A program made the translations under genes and the position numbers. This document shows, piece by piece, positions 1-9,931 of a stretch of 64,000 nucleotides of DNA (within the stretch, counting starts at the first letter, position 1; each line of letters starts with the position of its first letter). The notes below the pieces were generated by a model, which was not told where the DNA came from, did no database searches, and saw nothing but the letters and a program-made list of their open reading frames with translations. The stretch is from the NCBI GenBank assembly GCA_035288905.1, contig DATDYZ010000001.1, positions 19,172 through 83,171 of the forward strand. Reading direction: 5' to 3'. This DNA comes from Candidatus Anderseniibacteriota bacterium. GTDB taxonomy: Bacteria > Patescibacteriota > Andersenbacteria > UBA10190.

Positions 1-348
1 ATGGCTGATACTCCACAAAATGACGTAGTAGCTGAGGTAGTACCTCCTCGTATTCGCATAAAGCTGAAGGCGTACGATCATAAGCTTATTGATCAATCTG
101 CCAAGCAGATTATGGAAGCGGTAGAGCGGGACGGCGCAAAAGTCGCCGGCCCCACTCCGCTCCCGACGAGCAAGAAAAAGTACACGGTGAACCGTTCTAC
201 CTTTGTGCATAAAAATGCCAGAGATCAGTACGAGATCCGCGTACACAAGCGCTTGATCGATATTATTACATCAACTCCGCGTACGGTAGATACTCTTATG
301 AGCTTGAATCTCCCTGCAGGCGTGGACGTGTCGATGAAGACGGTGTAA
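1..348 (+). CDS. rpsJ: 30S ribosomal protein S10 (uS10/NusE)
   Basis: [22 protein letters not shown] and HKRLIDI motifs. Confidence 0.98.
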   Translation: MADTPQNDVVAEVVPPRIRIKLKAYDHKLIDQSAKQIMEAVERDGAKVAGPTPLPTSKKKYTVNRSTFVHKNARDQYEIRVHKRLIDIITSTPRTVDTLMSLNLPAGVDVSMKTV

Positions 349-351
349 GTG

Positions 352-412
352 TGTCATCCCGGGCTTGACCCGGGATCCACGCGTAGATTCCGGCTCACGG
401 GCCGGAATGACA
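352..412. repeat. TGTCAT...ATGACA double-hairpin palindromic element (family A)
   Basis: TGTCATCCCGGGCTTGACCCGGGATCCA...GATTCCGGCTCACGGGCCGGAATGACA; related copies at 13557, 18531, 28449 and 47947. Confidence 0.9.
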
Positions 413-425
413 GGTTACTACCACT

Positions 426-454
426 AAAAACCTCGCATTATATGCGGGGTTTTT
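426..454. terminator. Intrinsic terminator after rpsJ, possibly bidirectional
   Basis: AAAAACCTCGCA-ttata-TGCGGGGTTTTT hairpin with A- and T-tracts. Confidence 0.8.
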
Positions 455-493
455 GGCGTATATGACCTTCAGGAACCTACAACAATCTCGCTC

Positions 494-523
494 TTGACAG
501 AAGCGCTACTTTAGGTATATAAT
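494..523 (+). promoter_or_regulatory. Sigma70 promoter of cassette gene at 590
   Basis: TTGACA-N18-TATAAT. Confidence 0.8.
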
Positions 524-589
524 AGTACGAGTGGCTGGTATAGGTTTACTAGCTTGGACGTTGAAAACCTGTCAAAGGATTAGTGTATC

Positions 590-967
590 ATGTGGGAAAT
601 TCTCCGTTATGTTGCTGTTGCGGCACTCTTGATTCCGATTGTATTTATGCTCTGTGCCATTGAGACCGGCATCAGAGAAAGGGCCTTGAAGTTCCGAGGG
701 TTGCTCGATCTCCCGACCGGGGTCGAGTTCGTCATGATCGACAGGTTCCAGGTTAGAGACACTAAATGTCTTATAACCAGGGCCAAGCGGCGATTATTAG
801 TACAAAATGACTATCTTGTTATCGACTGGGATGCTCTCCAACAAAACGAACATTTCGAGATCGTCAGAACTACAAAAGGAAGGGTGGTTAGAAAGATCGC
901 AGAGCAGCCGAAACAAGCGGTTGAATCCGATCCGTTCGGTCTGCTCGAGCAACTCGAGCGAGTCTAA
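590..967 (+). CDS. Hypothetical protein with N-terminal membrane anchor (cassette type)
   Basis: Hydrophobic N-terminus; AAAGGA upstream; own promoter and terminator. Confidence 0.7.
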   Translation: MWEILRYVAVAALLIPIVFMLCAIETGIRERALKFRGLLDLPTGVEFVMIDRFQVRDTKCLITRAKRRLLVQNDYLVIDWDALQQNEHFEIVRTTKGRVVRKIAEQPKQAVESDPFGLLEQLERV

Positions 968-1000
968 ATCCCGCGCAGGAAAAAGTATATTCAGAATTAC

Positions 1001-1032
1001 ACCGGCGATCTTTATTGATTGCCGGTTTTTTT
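1001..1032 (+). terminator. Intrinsic terminator
   Basis: ACCGGCGATC/GATTGCCGGT stem followed by T-tract. Confidence 0.8.
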
Positions 1033-1043
1033 ATATGTAGAAT
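1015..1043 (+). promoter_or_regulatory. Sigma70 promoter overlapping the upstream terminator
   Basis: TTGATT-N17-TAGAAT. Confidence 0.6.
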
Positions 1044-1086
1044 ATGTTGGGGCGGGTTACTGATTGTTTTTTTGAAAGGGATACGT

Positions 1087-1413
1087 ATGATAGTTGTTGG
1101 ATTCTTGTCTGGCTGTTTTATTGCTTTTCTACTCTTGCTCTTTTGGAGATGGTATTTTTACCGGGTGTGGCCTTGGGAAAAACTGCCGTTCGATGAGCGG
1201 TTTATCGTCTTGTGCCAGGAGAATATGGAGCATGTGTACTTGGTTCGACGAGTGGCAGTGAAGATGTTTCGTCGAAACAAGTTCGTAGTCAGGTTATCTG
1301 AAGCTATCCAGGTTGGGGCAGAGATATTGGTGCAGGATTTTCGAGGCATGCCCTGCCTCAAGATTTGTAAAAGGACGGTTGTCTTGGAAGGCTTCTCTGA
1401 TCCCTTTGAGTAG
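1087..1413 (+). CDS. Hypothetical protein with N-terminal membrane anchor (cassette type)
   Basis: ATG 1087 after GAAAGGGA; TM segment IVVGFLSGCFIAFLLLLFW. Confidence 0.7.
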   Translation: MIVVGFLSGCFIAFLLLLFWRWYFYRVWPWEKLPFDERFIVLCQENMEHVYLVRRVAVKMFRRNKFVVRLSEAIQVGAEILVQDFRGMPCLKICKRTVVLEGFSDPFE

Positions 1414-1418
1414 AATAC

Positions 1419-1456
1419 CGGCGGCGAGATTTTCACCAATCCCCGCCGTTTTATTT
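1419..1456 (+). terminator. Intrinsic terminator
   Basis: CGGCGG...CCGCCG stem followed by TTTTATTT. Confidence 0.7.
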
Positions 1457-1545
1457 GCGTTTTTTGGGGAGATGTTCTATCTTAAGAAATACCCGTGCTC
1501 GGGACTTAAGTTTTTTGTTTATAGGACACATGCTAATTTCGTATT

Positions 1546-2118
1546 ATGAAAGCTCTTCTCGGTCGAAAAGTTGGTATGTCTCAGGTATTTTCTCCTAACG
1601 GAGATGTTGTTCCCGTTACCTTAATTTCTGCTTTTCCGAATACTATTACGATTCGTCGTACTATAGAAAAAGATGGATATGCAGCTGTGCAGCTTGCCCT
1701 TCCCAAAAAAGATGATTCTAAACTATTTGCTGTCCGTAAGGAATTTCATGGGGAAATGCCTGCGGACGTTTCTGTTGTAGGGGTTGATCAGTTTGCAGAA
1801 GGCGATGCAATTGAAGTTACGGGTGTTTCAAAAGGAAAAGGGTATGCCGGAGTGGTGAAGCGTCATCACTTTAAAGGAGGGCCGAAGAGTCACGGCCACA
1901 GGCACGTACTTCGCAGACCCGGTTCTATTGGATCACGATTTCCCCAGCATGTAATGAAAGGTATGCGCATGGCAGGGAGAATGGGGTCTGATCAAGTAAC
2001 GGTGAAGAATTTAGAAATTGTGAAAATAGACACCGAACATAACGTGATTGCGGTAAAAGGAGCTGTGCCTGGGCGCAAGGGCGGCGTTGTTGAGATTCTT
2101 GGCATTGGAAAGAAATAA
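1546..2118 (+). CDS. rplC: 50S ribosomal protein L3
   Basis: GRKVGMSQVF, SKGKGYAGVVKRH, RRPGSIG, MAGRMG. Confidence 0.98.
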   Translation: MKALLGRKVGMSQVFSPNGDVVPVTLISAFPNTITIRRTIEKDGYAAVQLALPKKDDSKLFAVRKEFHGEMPADVSVVGVDQFAEGDAIEVTGVSKGKGYAGVVKRHHFKGGPKSHGHRHVLRRPGSIGSRFPQHVMKGMRMAGRMGSDQVTVKNLEIVKIDTEHNVIAVKGAVPGRKGGVVEILGIGKK

Positions 2119-2121
2119 GCT

Positions 2122-2802
2122 ATGAAAACAGTTTCTGATAAAAAGAACAACCCCGTAAAATCCCGTACTGATGTACGTGATCACGGGGCTACGCTCCCTG
2201 TGCGAACTCTTGATAAAGAGTCTAAAAAAGATGGAGTTGATGTCCCTGCATTTTTTACAGAAGCTCTGCCAATTCTCATTGCTCGCGCTATACACACTAC
2301 GCATAAACGAATGCGTATTCGTCGTGCACACACGAAAGATCGTTCTGAGGTACGAGGTGGCGGTCGCAAGCCATGGAAACAAAAAGGAACCGGTAGGTCT
2401 CGTCATGGTTCTAGTCGTTCACCTCTTTGGGCTGGCGGTGGCATTACGTTTGGGCCACGAAGTCGCAAAACTACTATTAAGAAAACACAGCTGAAAGAAC
2501 GAAGACGTGCTCTTGCTGGTGCATTCGCAATGCATGTAAAAAATAATTCCCTGTCTTTGTTGCAGCTTTCTGAGAAGATGCCCGTAAAGACGAAAGACAT
2601 GGCAAAGCATACAAAAGATGTACGTTCAGTCCTTATTGTCGTTGATGATTCTCATCGCGCTTTAGAAAAAGTAACTGCAAATATCCCAACTATTCGTGTT
2701 CGCTACGCATCAAGTGTTACTCCTAAGGATATTCTAGAAGCGCAGGCAGTGTGGGTCGATATCGCTTCCATGAAGATACTTGAAGTTCGTTGCTCACTCT
2801 AA
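2122..2802 (+). CDS. rplD: 50S ribosomal protein L4
   Basis: TKDRSEVRGGGRKPWKQKGTGRSRHGSSRSPLWAGGG. Confidence 0.97.
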   Translation: MKTVSDKKNNPVKSRTDVRDHGATLPVRTLDKESKKDGVDVPAFFTEALPILIARAIHTTHKRMRIRRAHTKDRSEVRGGGRKPWKQKGTGRSRHGSSRSPLWAGGGITFGPRSRKTTIKKTQLKERRRALAGAFAMHVKNNSLSLLQLSEKMPVKTKDMAKHTKDVRSVLIVVDDSHRALEKVTANIPTIRVRYASSVTPKDILEAQAVWVDIASMKILEVRCSL

Positions 2803-2809
2803 TATTACT

Positions 2810-3211
2810 ATGTCTTTACTTACACTCTCAAAACGAATACTCGGAAAAAACACAAAATCTTCTGAAGTTAAAAAGAAGAAAATTTCTGCCGCCGCCCTTC
2901 GAAAATCTCAGGGTAAACAACAAGTAGATACACAAGCACTTACGACCGGAGCAATTGGTCTTGCGGAAGTTGTTTCTGAAAAGGGCATTAAGCAGCAATT
3001 GCACGGGACGGTTGTGTTTACGGTGTTGCCCCATGTAACAAAGACGCAGATTTCTGCTGCTATTGAGTCCAGGTTCGGCGTGAAGGTAAAAAGTGTTCGA
3101 ACTTCTCTTTCTCATCCAAAAACGAAGCGACGTGGTGTTACAGAAGGAAAAACAAATCGCTTCAAGAAAGCGTATGTGAGCGTTGATAATGTTCAGAAGC
3201 TTGTAAAGTAA
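2810..3211 (+). CDS. rplW: 50S ribosomal protein L23 with basic N-terminal extension
   Basis: SEK...FTV...TKTQI..AIE..FGVKV..V...KKAYV; operon position. Confidence 0.93.
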   Translation: MSLLTLSKRILGKNTKSSEVKKKKISAAALRKSQGKQQVDTQALTTGAIGLAEVVSEKGIKQQLHGTVVFTVLPHVTKTQISAAIESRFGVKVKSVRTSLSHPKTKRRGVTEGKTNRFKKAYVSVDNVQKLVK

Positions 3212-3219
3212 ATTCTCCT

Positions 3220-4062
3220 ATGCCTATTAAAAACTACAAACCAAATCGCGCAGCACGAAAGAATATGTCTATTGTGGATCGTGCAGAACTATACAAAGGG
3301 GAACCACTCAAGTCTTCTCTTTCTTCTAAGCATGCAACCAGTGGCCGAGGATCCGCAGGAAAAATTACAACGCGTCACCGTGGAGGTGGAGTGAAGCGGC
3401 GTCTTCGTGAGATAGCGTTGGGGCAAGAAAAGATTGGAATTGCTGGTACGGTGGAACATGTTGAATTTGATCCGAATCGCAGTGCGTATTTGGCACGTAT
3501 TGTATATGTTGATGGAGATCGCAATTATGTGTTGGCGTGGCAGGGCGCAAAAGAAGGCGACCAAATCATCACAAATGAAAAGACCATTGAAAAAGAAGGG
3601 AATCGCATGAAGCTTGCAAACATCACTCCTGGAGTATTCGTATTTAACGTTGAGATTAAACCAGGACGTGGCGGGGCATTCTTTAGGTCAGCAGGCTCAT
3701 ATGGCGTTTTAATGGACGTGCAAGGGGAATATGCGCAGCTTCGCATGCCATCAAGCGAGATCCGCTTGATTTCGGGGCAATCGTATGCCACAATAGGCCA
3801 GGTCAGTAACCCCGATTGGCGTCTACAACGCATTGGGTCAGCTGGAAGGAATCGTCGCCTGGGGATGCGTCCTCAAGTTCGCGGTAAAGCAATGAACCCG
3901 GTAGATCATCCGCACGGCGGTGGTGAAGGCAATCAGAGCGTTGGAATGAAATATCCAAAGACTCCTTGGGGTAAACACGCATTGGGAGTGAAAACACGTC
4001 AGCCAGGAAAATATTCAGATATGTTTATCGTAGAGAGAAGGAAGAATAAACGTAAGAAATAA
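3220..4062 (+). CDS. rplB: 50S ribosomal protein L2
   Basis: EFDPNRSA, VRGKAMNPVDHPHGGGEG. Confidence 0.99.
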   Translation: MPIKNYKPNRAARKNMSIVDRAELYKGEPLKSSLSSKHATSGRGSAGKITTRHRGGGVKRRLREIALGQEKIGIAGTVEHVEFDPNRSAYLARIVYVDGDRNYVLAWQGAKEGDQIITNEKTIEKEGNRMKLANITPGVFVFNVEIKPGRGGAFFRSAGSYGVLMDVQGEYAQLRMPSSEIRLISGQSYATIGQVSNPDWRLQRIGSAGRNRRLGMRPQVRGKAMNPVDHPHGGGEGNQSVGMKYPKTPWGKHALGVKTRQPGKYSDMFIVERRKNKRKK

Positions 4063-4074
4063 CATTTTATTAAT

Positions 4075-4404
4075 ATGTCTCGATCACTCAAAAAAGGACC
4101 ATTTATTGACCAGCATCTTCTTGATAAAATCAAGAATCTTGCGAGTGGAAGCAAAACGATTATCAAGACATGGTCTCGTAGATCTACGATCTTTCCTGAG
4201 ATGGTCGGGTTTCGTTTTGGTGTACATAACGGCAAAGATCATATTACTGTTCTTGTAACAGAAGACATGGTTGGTCATAAGCTTGGTGAGTTTGCTTCTA
4301 CTCGAAAATTTGTTCGTCATGGTGGAAAGCTTCAAAAAGAAGTGGAAACAGCGAAGGCTGCCTCCTCCGCTACCACCGCTGATGCTTCGGCGGGTAAAAA
4401 ATAA
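4075..4404 (+). CDS. rpsS: 30S ribosomal protein S19
   Basis: [23 protein letters not shown]. Confidence 0.99.
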   Translation: MSRSLKKGPFIDQHLLDKIKNLASGSKTIIKTWSRRSTIFPEMVGFRFGVHNGKDHITVLVTEDMVGHKLGEFASTRKFVRHGGKLQKEVETAKAASSATTADASAGKK

Positions 4405-4413
4405 AGATTTTTT

Positions 4414-5031
4414 ATGCAAATATCTGCTACACAAAAACATACGCGCATGTCTCCAAGAAAACTGCGTCCGTACGCTCGCATGATTCAGGGTATGTCGGCA
4501 CAAGAGGCACAAAATCAGTTGACTCTGGCAGTAGGGAAGGCACCGGTAATAATTCTTGAAGTACTCAAGAGCGCAATTGCCAACGCTACACACAATGCAA
4601 AAATTCCTGTATCAGATTTAAAGGTTGCAAGTATTCTCGTAAATCAAGGGCTTGTTATGAAGCGTTTTATGCCCGCGGCCAAAGGAATGGCGCATCCTAT
4701 TTTAAAGCGCACGGCGCATGTTACGGTTATAGTTAGTGGCGACCCAGCCGTCGCTAAAGCTAAGGCGGGCAAGGTGCAAAATAAAGATGTAATTAAGACA
4801 GTTACTGCTGACCAGTTTGTAGCTTCGGAGCAAAAAGAAGCTAAGAAAGAAGCAACCCTTCGACAGGCTCAGGGTGAAGAGCTTTCTGAGCAGCATCTAG
4901 AAAAACATGAAACAGAGGAACGAAGTGTTGAAACGACTCTTGATAAGCAAGGTCAGGCATTTCAAAAAATAAAGATGAATCAAAAAGGTGCAGACAAGAA
5001 AAAGACGCATCGAAGAAAGAGTATCGGATAA
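4414..5031 (+). CDS. rplV: 50S ribosomal protein L22 with ~95-aa C-terminal extension
   Basis: RMSPRKLR, LKSAIANA, ILKRTAHVTVIV followed by a charged tail. Confidence 0.96.
   Translation: MQISATQKHTRMSPRKLRPYARMIQGMSAQEAQNQLTLAVGKAPVIILEVLKSAIANATHNAKIPVSDLKVASILVNQGLVMKRFMPAAKGMAHPILKRTAHVTVIVSGDPAVAKAKAGKVQNKDVIKTVTADQFVASEQKEAKKEATLRQAQGEELSEQHLEKHETEERSVETTLDKQGQAFQKIKMNQKGADKKKTHRRKSIG
4856..4878 (+). repeat. CCCTTCGAC-GCTCAGGG mini-element (family D) in frame in rplV
   Basis: CCCTTCGACAGGCTCAGGGTGAA encodes LRQAQGE; related sequences at 30737 and 62524. Confidence 0.7.
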
Positions 5032-5050
5032 TAACAAACACACTATTTCT

Positions 5051-5797
5051 ATGGGACGAAAAACAAATCCAATTATATTACGAGTCGGAAACATCCTCCA
5101 TAACTGGGATGCGAAGTGGTTTTCAGATAGCAAAAAAGATTTTCGTCATAACATTATACAAGATATTAAAATTCGAAATTACTTGAAGAAAAATTTGCGT
5201 GCAGCGTCTATTTCACGTGTTGAATTTGTACGCCAAGCCCGAGAGACCGTTCTTACTATTCATACCTCTCGACCAGCAGTAGTGATTGGACGTGGAGGGT
5301 CTGGGATTGAGAAAATACAGAAAGATTTTCAAAAAATGTTTGGAAAAACGACGAAGTTCCGTATTAACGTACAAGAAATACGCAACCCAGACACTGACGC
5401 CAGCGCAGTTGCAACACAGGTTGCTGACCAAATTGAGCGAAGAATGCCATATAGACGAGTACTGAAGCAATCCGTTCAACGTTCGCTCCAGGCTGGTGCA
5501 CGAGGAATTCGTATTGCAGTTGCAGGACGCCTAAATGGTGCAGATATTGCGCGTAGGGAGTGGCTTGCAGAGGGTAGTGTTCCATTACACACCTTCCGAG
5601 CGGATATTTCGTATGCAGAGCGTACAGCTCATACAACGTTTGGTGCAATTGGTGTGAAGGTATGGATTAATAGGGGGGAATATGAAATTGAAAAGGAAGA
5701 ACGTCCGGGTGAAACGATTGGCGAAACAAAGCAGGCAAAACCAGCTCCAAGACGCCGTGCTTCGCTTTCTGAAAAAGTTGCCCCAAGTGCAACATAA
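5051..5797 (+). CDS. rpsC: 30S ribosomal protein S3
   Basis: MGRKTNP, GRLNGADIAR, VPLHTFRADI. Confidence 0.98.
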   Translation: MGRKTNPIILRVGNILHNWDAKWFSDSKKDFRHNIIQDIKIRNYLKKNLRAASISRVEFVRQARETVLTIHTSRPAVVIGRGGSGIEKIQKDFQKMFGKTTKFRINVQEIRNPDTDASAVATQVADQIERRMPYRRVLKQSVQRSLQAGARGIRIAVAGRLNGADIARREWLAEGSVPLHTFRADISYAERTAHTTFGAIGVKVWINRGEYEIEKEERPGETIGETKQAKPAPRRRASLSEKVAPSAT

Positions 5798-5805
5798 ACC
5801 ATCCT

Positions 5806-6216
5806 ATGTCTTTTATTCCACGCAAAGTAAAACATCGCAAACACCAGAAGGGTTCTGTTCGTGGTGTTTCAAAAGGTGCGCTTACCATTGACTTTGGTCA
5901 GTATGGATTAAAGGCTATGGAAAGCAGATGGGTTTCTGCGCGTCAATTAGAAGCCGCGCGTCGTGCTGTTACTCGCCATGCAAAACGCAATGGAAAAATC
6001 TGGATCCGTGTATTCCCCGATAAGCCAATTACTGCAAAGGGACAGGAACTTCCTATGGGAAAAGGGAAGGGTTCTGTGGATCATTTTGTTGCAGTTGTGC
6101 ACCGTGGAAGAATTATGTTTGAGGTAGACGGTATGGATGAAAAAACTGCTCGGGAGGGGTTGCAATTAGCAGCTCAGAAGCTTCCATTGAAGACAAAATT
6201 TGTTGCTAAAATATAA
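5806..6216 (+). CDS. rplP: 50S ribosomal protein L16
   Basis: QLEAARRA, WIRVFPDKP, MGKGKG. Confidence 0.98.
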   Translation: MSFIPRKVKHRKHQKGSVRGVSKGALTIDFGQYGLKAMESRWVSARQLEAARRAVTRHAKRNGKIWIRVFPDKPITAKGQELPMGKGKGSVDHFVAVVHRGRIMFEVDGMDEKTAREGLQLAAQKLPLKTKFVAKI

Positions 6217-6222
6217 CGGCCT

Positions 6223-6414
6223 ATGAACATACTTGAACTCAAACAATTATCGAAAGAGGAATTAGCACAGCGGCTCCTGGAGAGTCGTCAGAAACTGCAC
6301 CATGTTCACGAAGAAGTGGCATCCGGTAAAGATAAAAATCATGCGCAAATGGGGGTTCTCCGCAAGGACATTGCTCGGATTAAGACTTGCATTTCTGACA
6401 AAAATAATTCATAG
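6223..6414 (+). CDS. rpmC: 50S ribosomal protein L29
   Basis: LRKDIARIKT; operon position. Confidence 0.95.
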   Translation: MNILELKQLSKEELAQRLLESRQKLHHVHEEVASGKDKNHAQMGVLRKDIARIKTCISDKNNS

Positions 6415-6423
6415 TATATTCTT

Positions 6424-6699
6424 ATGAAATCTTCCCAGCCAAATGAGACACCAAGACGCAAGCGAGAGCTTACAGGTGTTGTTGTGCGCAAATCCGGACT
6501 CAAGACGGTTGCTGTTGAGATTGTGCGTGTACTGGCGCATCCATTATATGGAAAGCGCATTAAGCATACGAAGCGGTATTTAGCACACGATGAGAGCAAT
6601 GCGATAGCAGTTGGCGATGCGGTAACAATTCAAGAATCACGCCCTCTTTCAGCTCGGAAGCGTTGGGTTGTTATGCCACAGAAAGGAAAGGCACTATGA
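6424..6699 (+). CDS. rpsQ: 30S ribosomal protein S17
   Basis: [23 protein letters not shown]. Confidence 0.98.
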   Translation: MKSSQPNETPRRKRELTGVVVRKSGLKTVAVEIVRVLAHPLYGKRIKHTKRYLAHDESNAIAVGDAVTIQESRPLSARKRWVVMPQKGKAL

Positions 6700-7067
6700 T
6701 TCAGGAAGAATCCAAATTAATGATTGCTGATAACTCGGGAGGCAAAATGATTAAAGTTATTCGTGTACTGGGTTCCACTCACCGCAGATATGCATACATC
6801 GGTGATACCGTTGTGGCTGCTGTAAAAGTTGCAGAGCCTCGAGCAACTGTAAAAAAAGGTGACGTTGTACGCGCCGTTATTGTTCGGGTTCGGAAGGAAC
6901 ATAAGCGTCCAGACGGCACTGCTATTCGGTTTGACGATAACGCAGCAGTGATTGTGGGCAAGGAATCCAAAGAACCCGTTGGTACACGCGTATTTGGCCC
7001 GATAGCACGAGAACTTCGAACAAAGGGATTCCAGAAAATCGTATCTTTAGCATCCGAGGTTTGGTAA
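6696..7067 (+). CDS. rplN: 50S ribosomal protein L14
   Basis: [25 protein letters not shown]. Confidence 0.98.
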   Translation: MIQEESKLMIADNSGGKMIKVIRVLGSTHRRYAYIGDTVVAAVKVAEPRATVKKGDVVRAVIVRVRKEHKRPDGTAIRFDDNAAVIVGKESKEPVGTRVFGPIARELRTKGFQKIVSLASEVW

Positions 7068-7072
7068 TTCCT

Positions 7073-7393
7073 ATGGCATCACTACAAAAAATTAAACAAG
7101 GCGATACCGTGCGGATTCTTCGCGGAAAAGATGCGGGCAAAAAGGGTAAGGTTATGGCGGTATTGCCAAAACTTGAAACTCTTGTTGTGGAAGGATTAAA
7201 CATGGTAAAGAAACATGTGAAGGCAAAAAGTGGCGGGCAAAAAGGCCAACGGGTTAGTATTGCAGCTCCGCTTCGTGTTGCGAATGTTCAACTGGTTTGT
7301 ACGCAATGCAAAAAAGGTACTCGTGTTGGTATATCTCGAGAAAACGGCGTTCGAAGCAGAATGTGCAAGCATTGTAAGGCAATAATCGAATAA
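7073..7393 (+). CDS. rplX: 50S ribosomal protein L24
   Basis: KOW motif GDTV.ILRGKDAGKKGKV. Confidence 0.97.
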   Translation: MASLQKIKQGDTVRILRGKDAGKKGKVMAVLPKLETLVVEGLNMVKKHVKAKSGGQKGQRVSIAAPLRVANVQLVCTQCKKGTRVGISRENGVRSRMCKHCKAIIE

Positions 7394-7403
7394 TACTTAC
7401 TCT

Positions 7404-7946
7404 ATGCCTATTATTACTCCTACAACAAAGAAATTAGCTACATCTCTTGGTATTAAAAATATCCACGCCGTTCCTCGCATTACAAAAGCAATTGTTACGG
7501 TTGGTGTTGGTAAAAATCGGGATAACAAGACGTATATTGAAGCTGTACAAAAAGATCTTGCTGTTATTACCGGACAAAAACCGAGTGAGCGAAGAGCAAA
7601 AAAATCTATTGCTGGTTTTAACGTTCGAGAGGGAAACCTGGTCGGTTATAGCGTGACGCTTCGAGGGAAGCGTATGGAAGACTTTCTCGCTCGATTTGTT
7701 GGTACGGTGCTTCCTCGTATTCGTGACTTCCGTGGTCTTTCCTTGTCTGTATTAGACGGTCAGGGAAATGTAAGTATTGGGCTTACCGAACACTTGGCAT
7801 TTCCTGAAATCCGTGCTGATAAGACAGACGTTATCTTTGGGGTAGGGGTTACATTTGTAACAACTGCTACAGAGAATGAAACAGCTGAAAAGATGTTCCG
7901 GGCGCTCGGGTTCCCGTTCCGATCAGAAGAACTTGAAGAAGAATAA
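7404..7946 (+). CDS. rplE: 50S ribosomal protein L5
   Basis: [28 protein letters not shown]. Confidence 0.98.
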   Translation: MPIITPTTKKLATSLGIKNIHAVPRITKAIVTVGVGKNRDNKTYIEAVQKDLAVITGQKPSERRAKKSIAGFNVREGNLVGYSVTLRGKRMEDFLARFVGTVLPRIRDFRGLSLSVLDGQGNVSIGLTEHLAFPEIRADKTDVIFGVGVTFVTTATENETAEKMFRALGFPFRSEELEEE

Positions 7947-7972
7947 GAACTAGCGTACTCTTCATTACTTAT

Positions 7973-8158
7973 ATGGCAAAAACATCACAAATCGCAAAAA
8001 GCAAACGAGAACCCAAGTTTTCATCTCGGGCAAGGTCTCGCTGCAAGCTGTGTGGGCGCCCAAGGGGCTACATGCGCGCGTTTGATATGTGCCGGATTTG
8101 TTTTAGGGAAAGTGCCGAAAAGGCGCATATTCCAGGTATTAGAAAGTCATCTTGGTAA
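7973..8158 (+). CDS. rpsN: 30S ribosomal protein S14, zinc-binding type
   Basis: RCKLCGRPR...CRICFRE; 61 aa. Confidence 0.97.
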   Translation: MAKTSQIAKSKREPKFSSRARSRCKLCGRPRGYMRAFDMCRICFRESAEKAHIPGIRKSSW

Positions 8159-8162
8159 TTCT

Positions 8163-8549
8163 ATGGATACTGTAGGAAATACATTAACGATACTGCTCAA
8201 CGGCCAAAGGGTCGGGAAAAAACGGGTTGCTGTTCCTTTTTCGCGCTTCACGCAGAGCTTGCTTTCCTTTATGAAAGAACAAAAGCTTATTGGCGATATT
8301 CGAGTACAGGAAAGTCCGAAGTCTAAGCTTATTGTTTCTCTTGCGTATAACGAAGCAGGGAAGGGTGTAATTAGTGGATCAAACAGAATCAGCAAGCCTG
8401 GCAGGCGGGTGTATGTAGGTGCTGATCGTTTACCTTATTCACGCCAAGAAGCAGGTATGATTATCGTCTCTACTCCGGAAGGATTAATGGATGAGAAGCG
8501 AGCTCGTGGAAAAGGAATCGGCGGCGAACTTATTTGTGCTATTTGGTAA
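8163..8549 (+). CDS. rpsH: 30S ribosomal protein S8
   Basis: RISKPGRRVY, IVSTPEGLM, GIGGELIC. Confidence 0.97.
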   Translation: MDTVGNTLTILLNGQRVGKKRVAVPFSRFTQSLLSFMKEQKLIGDIRVQESPKSKLIVSLAYNEAGKGVISGSNRISKPGRRVYVGADRLPYSRQEAGMIIVSTPEGLMDEKRARGKGIGGELICAIW

Positions 8550-8556
8550 CATCTCT

Positions 8557-9099
8557 ATGTCACGTATCGGCAAACAATCTATTGCAATCCCCTCTGGCGT
8601 CACGGCAACCGTGGACGGCGAGCTTGTACACGTAAAAGGCCCAAAAGGCAGTCTTACTATTACGGTGCATCCTGACATTGCAGTTAGTGTTTCCGAAAAC
8701 ATTTTGGAATGTTCTATTGCTCATAAAACAAAAAAATCTGCAGCTCTGTGGGGTACGATGCGTGCTATTCTTGCCAATGCAGTAACAGGTGTGCATGAAG
8801 GGTTTACAAAAAAGCTTGAATTACAAGGGGTTGGGTACCGCGCATCCCTGCAAGGGAAAAACATCCAACTGCTTGTAGGATATTCGCACCCTGTTCTTAT
8901 TGAAGCGCCGGAGGGAATATCGTTTGCAGTAGAAAAAGAAATTATTACTGTTACGGGATTTGACGCGTACGCAGTTGGCCAAGTAGCTGCGAATATTCGC
9001 AAAGTTCGTCCGCCAGAACCGTATAAAGGAAAAGGTATCCGGTACCTTGGTGAGCATGTACGTCGCAAAGTTGGTAAGGTTGTTGGTTCAACGTCATAA
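8557..9099 (+). CDS. rplF: 50S ribosomal protein L6
   Basis: MSRIGK, GVGYRA, RPPEPYKGKGIRY. Confidence 0.98.
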   Translation: MSRIGKQSIAIPSGVTATVDGELVHVKGPKGSLTITVHPDIAVSVSENILECSIAHKTKKSAALWGTMRAILANAVTGVHEGFTKKLELQGVGYRASLQGKNIQLLVGYSHPVLIEAPEGISFAVEKEIITVTGFDAYAVGQVAANIRKVRPPEPYKGKGIRYLGEHVRRKVGKVVGSTS

Positions 9100-9114
9100 T
9101 ACTTTTTTACTCCT

Positions 9115-9450
9115 ATGAATCCAGTAAATCGCAAAAAACGTCATAAAAAAATCCGATCCCAAATGATTGGCAGCGCATCTCGTCCACGAGCATGTGTGTT
9201 TCGTAGCGCGCGTGGAATGGAAGTGCAGATTATTGACGACGCAAAAGGAGTTACTATTCTTTCTTCTCATATGATTGCAACAAAAAAGCTGAACAAAACA
9301 CAGCTTGCGCAGGATATGGGAAAGACACTGGCGACAGAAGCAAAAAAGAAAGGCATTACGAGTATTGTCTTTGACCGTGGAGGGTATATGTATCATGGAA
9401 GAGTAAAGGCACTCGCAGAAGCGATGCGTGAGGGTGGACTTTTGTTTTAA
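9115..9450 (+). CDS. rplR: 50S ribosomal protein L18
   Basis: [17 protein letters not shown]. Confidence 0.98.
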   Translation: MNPVNRKKRHKKIRSQMIGSASRPRACVFRSARGMEVQIIDDAKGVTILSSHMIATKKLNKTQLAQDMGKTLATEAKKKGITSIVFDRGGYMYHGRVKALAEAMREGGLLF

Positions 9451-9467
9451 TACGGAACTATTTATTT

Positions 9468-9920
9468 ATGGCATACGGACCACAATCAATTGAAGATAAC
9501 CAGTTTGCACACGAAGTGCTGGAAATTTCTCGCGTCGTGCGAGTGGTTAAAGGTGGTCGTAGGTTTCGGTTTCGGGCCAGTGTTGTAGTTGGTGATCGCG
9601 CAGGTAAAATAGGATTTGGAATTAGTAAAAGTAAAGACGTTCAACAAGCAATTGCCAAAGCACAGGCGCAAGCCATGAAGAAAATTGTTACAATTCCTAT
9701 TGTTGATGGAACAATTGGCCACGAAGTTATTGCAAAGTTTAAAGGTGCAAAAGTATTGCTGAAGCCAGCAAGACCAGGAACAGGAGTTATTGCAGGTGGA
9801 ATTATCCGTACCGTTGCAGATTTAGCAGGTATTAAGGATTTAGTATCGAAGCGATATGGTTCTGTAAACCGCATTAGCAATGCTCGTGCTACAATTAAGG
9901 CATTAGTTGCCAGCGCATAA
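9468..9920 (+). CDS. rpsE: 30S ribosomal protein S5
   Basis: RVVRVVKGGRRFRF, PARPGTGVIAGG. Confidence 0.98.
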   Translation: MAYGPQSIEDNQFAHEVLEISRVVRVVKGGRRFRFRASVVVGDRAGKIGFGISKSKDVQQAIAKAQAQAMKKIVTIPIVDGTIGHEVIAKFKGAKVLLKPARPGTGVIAGGIIRTVADLAGIKDLVSKRYGSVNRISNARATIKALVASA

Positions 9921-9931
9921 TATATTTTTCT

